Shown one piece after another: positions 56,139-64,000 of a stretch of 64,000 bases of DNA. The stretch is from assembly GCF_009914755.1 (NCBI RefSeq), contig NC_060925.1, one strand, 5' to 3'. Every line of letters begins with the position of its first letter. Within the stretch, counting starts at the first letter, position 1. Under the pieces are notes generated by a model, which worked only from the letters and a program-made list of their open reading frames with translations, searched no databases and had not been told where the DNA came from. Origin of the DNA: the human T2T-CHM13v2.0 reference genome, Homo sapiens. A program made the translations under genes and the position numbers.

Positions 56139-58606
56139 TTAAATCAGCTAATTTAAACATGTTGAGAGAACAAAAGGATACATCGTCTAAAGAGCCAAAG
56201 GAATATATGAGAACAATGACTCACCAGATATAAAATATGAGTAAATATACAGAAATTACATAAAAAGGAAAGTCTGAGGTTACAATGATAAATTTGTTAG
56301 AGAAGTGCAATAGTAGATTTGAAAGTTTCAGCAAAATATAAGATAGATCATCTGAAATTATTCAGTCTGAGGAACAGACAGAAAACAATAAAATAAAAAA
56401 AAAACCTTCAGCGATACAGGGACAATATCAAGTGAGCAAACATGGTCATAATGGGGGTTCCAGAATTAGAGGAGAGAGAAAAAAGGCAGAAAAATGTTTG
56501 AACAAATAGTGACCCGGAACTTCCCAGATTTGATGAAAGATTTTATCAACATATATAAGAAACTTTACAAATTTCAGGCAGAATTGAAAAGCTATCTCAT
56601 GTTTATAGATGGGAAGACAATATTATAAAATGATACTCTACAAATTGATCTTTGTATTTAACATAATTCCTATTAAAATCTCAGCTACATCTATCTATTT
56701 TTATTTTGGAGAAAATAAAATAACTTTTCCTAAAATGCTTTTAAAAATACAAAAGACTCAACCTAAACAACTTGAAAAATAATAACAAACTTAGAAGACT
56801 TACTCTTAGCAATTTAATAACTAACATCCAGCTACAGTAACCTAAGATTTGTGGTACTGACACATGAGTAGACATAGAGATCAATGGAGTAGAACTGAAA
56901 TGCCAGCAGTAATTCTATAAATTTATGGTCAGTTAATTTTCTATAAGGGAGCCAAGACAATCTAATGGAGAAAAGACTAGCCCTTTAAGCAAACTGTCCT
57001 AGTGTTTAAGTGGATGTCTACCTGCAAAAGAAACAAATTAGTCTCCAACCTCATACCACATACAAAATTAACTCAAATAGAAAAAACAACAACACTTAAA
57101 CAGTGTCTAAAGAGGTAAGAGGAACAACTAAAATTCTAAGAAGAAAACAAAGGCTAAATCTTCCTGATCTTGGACTTGGCAATAGTCTCTTATGACAGCA
57201 AAAACACATTAATCAAAGAAACAAGAAAAATGAACTTTTTAAACTGAAAACTTATGCTAGAATAATCTCACATGAGTGGGTTTTACTTCCAGGAACTGTA
57301 CCAGATACTTACAATTTAGATTGGGGAAGAAAAAATAAAAAATAAAATAAAAACAAACCAACCCCAAACAAAGAAACAAACAAAAACCTTCCAGTTCTTG
57401 CAGGAGAAGAGGAAATATAGCCACTATGAAATACACCTGGAATATTTTATTCTTCTTAACAAGATCTGCCCTCAAGAGAAACTATTTTACCAAGAGAAAC
57501 TACTGGGTTTTACAAAGCCCAACTGACTGGGGATTTACCAGAACTTCAATGACTAGGTGAAGGGAAATAACCAACTCCAGTTTCCGCTAGGGCTCCTACT
57601 TGATCTAAAAGGAAAAATGTTCACCGAAATGAGACACAGTTGTGAAGCTCACAACCCAGGGACACAGGCATACTAAAAAGACTGACACCTAATCAAAGGA
57701 CTGTAGAATGCTTCCCCTTTGCCACACCTTACCACCACATCAAAAAGTCTCCTGTATAACAACAGGGGGTTACGATGGAAAGAGTTGCAGACCTCAGCCC
57801 TTACTTAAAAATATATCTCTAAACACAGGACAAAAACAAAGACACAAGGGGAAATTTTAGCCTCTGACACCTGCAGCAACAACAAATAGTGAACACCTAG
57901 GCAGATAAACATAAAACCTCCTACTAAAGGCTTATGAAACTCAGTTTTTGCTAAACACAGTACACCATGTCCAACATTCAACAAAAAATTCACAAGGCAT
58001 AATAAAAGAAAAGCACCATTTGAAGACAAAAAAAAAAATGAGAATCAGAATCACTCAGCTATGGCAGTAATTTTTTTTTAAAAAGTTAAACATAAGATAA
58101 AAATATGACTTGTCAATACCACTCCACATTATATACCCCAAAATTTAAAACTATATATTCACAAAAATTTAGTATATGTGAATTCTTGAAGAAACGTTAT
58201 TCTTATAGCCAAAGAGTGGAGAAAACCCAAATATTCATCAATGGATGTATTGATAAATTTTCATATATCCATGTGATATTATACAGTCATAATAAAATAA
58301 AGTATTAATTCATACTACAACATAGTAAACCATAAAAGTATTATTCTTAGTAAAGCAAACCACACCGATATATCACAGATTGCATAATTGTGATTCAATT
58401 TATTAGAAGTGTTCATAATTGACAAATTCATAGAGATAAAAGTTAGATTAGTGTTTGCCATGGGCTGGGGAAAGGTGAAATAGGAGTTACTGCTAAAAGG
58501 TATGAGGTTTCTTTTGGGGTGATAAAAACATTCTGAAATTAGTGTAATGGTTACATGTTTTACTAAATATTCTAAAAACCACTTAATTTTATACTTTAAA
58601 ATACTT

Positions 58607-59317
58607 TTTTTTGGTGCAAATTTGGCTTTGGGAAGTGCTTTGGAGCTTCCTCTTGGTCCAACCACTGAGCTGGTTATCGCTGGTTGTCAAATAAAATCCA
58701 CTTTCGTCACACGTCACAATCCAATCAAGAAAGGGTTTATTGTTTTGGGGTAGAATAAGAAAAGACAACACTTCAAAATGTCAATTTTTAAAGTTTTTGC
58801 TCAGCTCATGAAGTACACACTCATTGAGCTTTTTCACCTTTCCAATTTACTTCAAATGCTGAATGACTGCGTGGTCGATGTTGAGTTCTTTGGCAACTTT
58901 CGTGTAGTTGTAAGAGGATCAGCTTCGATGATTGCTCTCAATTGGTCATTGCCAGCTTCCAATGGCTGGCCACTAAGCTCTTCATCTTCAAGGTTCTCAT
59001 CTCCTTTGCAAAACTTCTTGAGCCACCACTGTTTGTTAGCAGCTCCTGGGCCAAACGCGTTGTTGATGTTGCCAGCTGTCTCTGCTGCATTATGACCCAT
59101 TTTGAACTCGAATAAGAAAATCGCTCAAGTTTGTTTTTTGTCTAACATCATTTCCATGGTCTAAAATAAACAGCAAGTAATAAGTCATTAGCAAAAACAA
59201 TCACAGAGTGCACATTAAAATGATGTATAACATAACCACTTTATTTAAGAATGTATTCCAATATCACATGGCAAATTTCAACAATGTGAAAACCACATTA
59301 CTTTTGCACCAGACTAA
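58607..59317 (-). mobile_element. Hsmar1 mariner, 5' half (5' TIR plus N-terminal transposase pseudogene, ATG at 59157)
   Basis: MGHNAAETAGNINNAFGPGAAN..WWLKKFCKGDENLEDEE; FLDWIVTCDE; TIR AAAACCACATTACTTTTGCACCAGACTAA|TA. Confidence 0.93.
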
Positions 59318-59499
59318 TAAGACTCATATAGCAAACTGGATGGTATACATAATTTACTGGTAATAAAATATCTGAGAACACATTATAATACTATGTATAG
59401 CAATATCTACTATAACGGGAATCTCTTAGGGACAAAACTACTTTCTCAGTAATCAAACATACCTTACTACTGACTAGATAATGACATGAATAATGTTAT

Positions 59500-60069
59500 T
59501 GTAACCAGTATCCCCACTATTCCAAGAGATAGTTTATTTTTCTCTCTCTTCTTTTCTCTTTCCTTCATTTCCCTACTTCCTACTTGCCTCTTTAGAAATG
59601 TAACTATAGCCTTTTACCTCATCTTCCCCAGCCACCCCTACAGGGCAAGTTCATCTAATAGTGTGCTTAGAAGCTCCAGAATGGAATTCTCACCCACCAG
59701 GAAGTTGCCTCAAGAGACAACAGTCAATTTACAACCCAAAGTATACCTGCTAGAGTTTCCAGCCACCTTTACAATCTATTTCTGCCAATGAAGATGCCAA
59801 CTCAACTGCCTGGTAGATGAGGCACTGAAGACTCCCCACCTGCTAACTTCTGCCCCTGCATCGGCCTACCTTTAAAAGCACCTGCTTTCTGCCCCAAAAA
59901 GGAAGCAGTACCCTTAAGGCAGGAGGTCTGTACTTATTCCCCTAGTTTTAGAACTAAGCAATGTACTTATTCTTGATTTAGAATAAAAAGTCACTTTCTT
60001 CACACTTGACCTCACTCTTGTAAATTAGATCTGTAAGTGGTGAATGACTGAACCTGCATTTTGGTTTCA
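59500..60069 (+). mobile_element. ERV1 MER4-group 5' LTR (MER83/84-like)
   Basis: TGTAACC...TTTAAAA (TATA-like)...AATAAAAAGTCACTTTC...TGGTTTCA, followed by a PBS. Confidence 0.75.
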
Positions 60070-60073
60070 AATT

Positions 60074-60091
60074 TGATGGCCTGTATGGGGA
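60074..60091 (+). other. Primer-binding site complementary to tRNA-Ile(AAU)
   Basis: TGATGGCCTGTATGGGGA vs TGGTGGCCCGTACGGGGA (15/18, two of the differences are CpG decay), 4 nt after the LTR. Confidence 0.8.
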
Positions 60092-61726
60092 AAACACAGG
60101 GTGCTCTGGATGAGCCGGCACTTGACAGGTGGGTTTTGCTACCAGGCAAGATCTGTGGGTGCCAACTGCTTGTGGTTAGCATACCCCATGACAGAAATGC
60201 TAGTGAACTTCTCAGCAGCTGCTAATACCACTTTATTTTGTGGGGAACCTTCCTTTTTGCTTCCTGGTATGATGTCTGCTACCTTCAAAGCTTCACTGGT
60301 ACAAATAAAGTGATCTCTGAAAACGCCGTCAAATTTTGGAACTGGCAAGTTAGTTGGAGTGCACCTGACTACCCTCTGCTTCTTTCAAGGTGTCAATGGG
60401 GCCCTGCTGTATTTAAGACTTGGCTGCTAGTGACACCGTTTGAACATTTTATGCGTCTGTATTTGTTTGTATGTGCAGCACCATGGGAGATTTGCCTGGC
60501 TTGGACTCAGCTGCCCATAGAGTCATTCGGAACTGAAAAGGAAAATTCAGGACCTAATTCAACCCCTTTAATTCAGGACACATTTGGAAAAGCACTGTTT
60601 GCATGTGTGAATGCATGACTTGGTGTATGGGCCCTGATTTTTTTCTTTCCTCTCTACCTCCAATCTCATCTTTCTATCTTCAGAGAGGCACCTACTGCTT
60701 TACTCCTAGCTTCTTACTCCCTCTGGCTGGAAGCCACTTACCTTGACCAGTGACTTGAAGAGGTGGGAGAGACTCATCCAGCACCATGATAAACATGGAG
60801 TTCTGAGGCTCTTCCTAATGGGAGACAAACGAGGGTGGTGAGAGTATCAACCCTGTGCCATGTAGTGGCTAGAAAGCTCTTGAGTTCCCTTTCTTTCACT
60901 TAACTTTTTCCTCTCTTTCTTTCCCTTCCCTCTCTCTGATGCCATACCTGTAAAATATGGCTGCCATGTAGAGGCTTGCATATCTTCCTCTATTTTATTT
61001 TCTGTCTGATTTAACTATTCTATTACTTTTATACTGGTATTAAGATAAAAACAACTGTTTAGAGGCAATCATTTTTTATGAACTGATGAGCTTTTATTGA
61101 CATCTAGACTCTATGGCTAGAGTTCTGAAATAAAAACTAAAAAATATTTGTTTATCTGAGCATGTATATATTTATGAAAACATTCATGTATTTGTTAGGT
61201 GTTGTGGCCCAATGTACCAAACTGGCTTAATTAAAGAGTATGCATAAATTAGGTCAAATGGTTCCCATGTTCAAATAAGTTTAAATAAGTAAAGTAAAAT
61301 CTTAAATAAATAAGCTGGCTTCAAAGTTATTGATAAAATAATATTAGAAAAGTCTTGAGAATTGTCAACATACTTTTTTAAATTTATTGATCAAGTGGCT
61401 TTATATTTATCTCTGCCAGATATTGTAACATGTTAAAATTTGGCAAAAGAGTTATAAAACTATAAACACAGCCCAAACAGAATGATTGCAGTTTGTATGA
61501 TATTGACAAGTAAGACATTTAATATTAGTTCCATGAAGAAAGCTAAATCTGTTTTATCAACAAAATGCCCATATGTTTAAGCTTCTTACTTAGATATACA
61601 CCTAATAGCTACTAATTACCACATTTGTGTAATATCTTTTTTTATAAGTAATCAAAATTAATGGATAGACATTGGAAGATTGGGTGCATATAAATGAAAT
61701 GAATGCTAGTTGGTAAAAGTTTTGCT

Positions 61727-62030
61727 TATTTATTTATTTATTAATTTTTGAGACAGGATTTCGCTCTGTCACACAGGCTGAAGTACAGTGTCATGATCTC
61801 AGCTCACTGCAGCCTCTGCCTCCCCAGCTCAAGCGATCCTCCTGCCTCAGCCCCCCCAGGTAGCTGGGACTACAGGCCCACACCACCATGCCCAGCTAAA
61901 TTTTTTTTTGTATTTTTTGTAGAGATGGGGTTTTGTAATGTTGCCCAGGCTGGTCTCAAACTACTGAACTCAAGTGATTCACCTGCCTCGGTCTACCAAA
62001 ATGTTGTGACTACAGGCGTGAGCCACTATG
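61727..62030 (-). mobile_element. AluJ inserted in the ERV internal region
   Basis: GCTCACTGCAGCCTC, CTCAAGCGATCCTCCTGCC, TGTTGCCCAGGCTGGTCTC. Confidence 0.92.
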
Positions 62031-63354
62031 TTTTGTATACTTTAAAATCTTAAAATCATTTTGTATGCTTATTTGTTGTCTGGGTCATTTTCAATTAAGA
62101 AAGGTTATTGTATGTGCAAAATGTTCCAAAAACTGTGAAATGATTCTAATCTATAAAATGCTAATATCTTAAAAGTAGTTCAGAATTTCTTGCTTTCTAA
62201 GTTTATATAAAGTGTGCAAAAAATGATGCATTCTTATGGAGAAAAATAATAATTTTGTCTTATTTAAAAGCCAGGAATATTAGCTGTTTCTTCTAGGTAA
62301 ATGAGGTATCAAAAGATTCTTCTTTTAAGAGCTCTGTAGTTAGAAATCAACTTAGTTAAAGCTGATGTCTGAGGTATATGTTAGTACAGATAGTGTTTTA
62401 AAGCCCCTACTCACTTTCTAAAAACATCACAGTCAACAGAGTTCTGATTCTCTGTTTACTGGCAGTTTCTCCTTCTTCTTGTACCTAATCTTTTAGCCCT
62501 ACCAGTTCCTCATCTTTCTGTCTGCGTATTTCTGTCATATGTGATATTTCACTACCAAAATATATGAAAGAGCTCTAATTAGCTGACTTAAAAAATAGAA
62601 ACCTAAAAACAAACATGTTTTCAGAAAAATAGAAACATTAATATCTTTAGGTCACATGACTCTAATAATCTTTGAAAAATAAAGAAAGTTTAAAGATTAT
62701 TGGCAAACTAAAATAAAAATGTCTTCAAAATTTAGATATTTGGTCTAAATTAGGCAGATCAGATACTGTTTGCTAGATGCTTTAAGGCCATAAACTGCTT
62801 CTATGACCTTTAATGATTATTTGACTTGTCTATTTTACAGTCATTAGATTCTAAGAAAGGGCTGGAGACATATGGAGTTAGCCAGGTCCCCTGGCTAGGC
62901 TGGGAAGAGTCAGACAGTGTCTGCCACTCTGTCCTTGTCCTGGGATCTACAATCTGGTATATGGTTAAAATAGCTTTTATCCCAGGTTTTCCACCAAAAA
63001 TAAAGGTTTCCAATAGTCAACAAAGTAACCTGTAATTGAGACTACTGGAGAAACAGTTTCACATGCAAGGTGTATAAGGAAAGTGAATATGTTTTTGGTA
63101 AAGAGTTACAAGAATGCATGGACGTATGAATATTGCTAAAGATAATGTAATTTTGTTTATTTCAGAAGGTTTTAAGGGTTGTCCTAAGCTAGAAGAGTAA
63201 TAGGACAAAGCTAAAAGTTTAAACAAGTTGTAAATGTTTTTAAAAGATTAATCTTTTACAAGAAATTATGTGAGTATGAGCAAGTTGGCTAAAATTTGAA
63301 GGGAGTTATCTTTTTTAGATTAAACATTAGAGTAAAAGCACAGTGAACACCCAA

Positions 63355-63435
63355 GAGAGGGGCAGATCAAGATAGTGGAAATACAAGGCTCCACCGATAG
63401 GTCATCCAACCTCCCATCCACTGGCAAAGGACACC
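63355..63435 (+). mobile_element. Short L1PB/L1MA-type 5'-terminus stub inside the ERV
   Basis: GGGGCAGATCAAGATAGTGGAAATACAAGGCTCCACCGAT resembles the L1 start GAGGCAGAGCAAGATGGCCGAATAGAAGGCTCCACCGAT. Confidence 0.55.
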
Positions 63436-64000
63436 ATTATTAATTGTGAAACGTTGTGAAACATTGTTAATTCATTTGTTTTTCACAGTCTAGAAAAATT
63501 TTTCTCTTTTGAGCTATTTGAAGCTTTCAACAATTGGGTACAGTACACTCTTGTCAGAAAACTTTCGATCATATTTCTTTCTTGCTACCTGATTTCCCCA
63601 GAATTTGAAAATTATCCGTAACTATATTTAATTTATGGCAGTATAGTTATTTGCATAAGTTCATTAAGAGTCTGTTTTCTTTCATAACAAGATTCCATTG
63701 GAGACACTGGTTATTTTAGCAAGGATTTGACTTAAATGACGTACTTTCTGATATAAACAGACTGCTTTAAGGGCTCGAAGTTGACTTGCAGTGTCAATTA
63801 AAGTCCCTTGGGAAGAACTTGCCTCACACCTTGTCTACACAGTCCTTGTACAGGGTTTCCTAAACTTTGGTAAGTAAAGGATGCCCCTTTCTGACAGTCC
63901 CAGGAACCCCGTTGTCTTAGAACCTCAAGAGGAGAGGAATATATTCAATCCATACAAGTATTTGCAGGCACAGATAAATCCATGGCTGGGCTCAAGGCTT

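Larger units (their letters stand above)
60070..64000 (+). mobile_element. MER4-group non-coding ERV1 internal region, runs off the window end
   Basis: TGGTCTAAATTAGGCAGATCAGATA, GCCAGGTCCCCTGGCTAGGCTGG, TGTCTACACAGTCCTTGTACAGGG, CCATGGCTGGGCTCAAGGCTT. Confidence 0.8.

Noticed and set aside
58852-59100. SETMAR-like peptide as a SETMAR exon or retrocopy
   Set aside because: Has its own TIR and 5' leader, frameshifts, and no SET domain, so it is an Hsmar1 fossil

Overview
Human genomic DNA, AT-rich and CpG-poor. The species call rests on an L1 at 4991-5361 that carries L1HS-diagnostic bases. I find no supportable host protein-coding gene, RNA gene or CpG island, so this looks like intergenic or deep-intronic sequence. 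All long ORFs are retroelement or transposon remnants (L1 ORF2, HERV-L pol/dUTPase, Hsmar1 transposase), Alu read-throughs or chance ORFs. The window holds about 10 Alus (J, S, Y); L1s from L1ME to L1HS; L2 and MIR; DNA transposons (MER20, MER6, Tigger2-like, Hsmar1); and LTR elements (MLT1, MLT2A/HERV-L, MER67-like, LTR9, LTR7, and a MER4-group provirus with a tRNA-Ile PBS). I see no evidence of a new biological system. The notable structure is mechanistic: (1) an L1PA insertion combining a 5' inversion, a ~2.9 kb gap and a ~107-bp 3' transduction inside one 18-bp TSD; (2) a 131-bp, 96%-identical copy of local sequence pasted into an old L1 3.3 kb away; (3) a young ACG/A L1HS with almost no TSD; (4) several templated-insertion and deletion scars. 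Subfamily names are recalled from consensus sequences and need RepeatMasker/Dfam confirmation. Boundaries of the old repeats are approximate.
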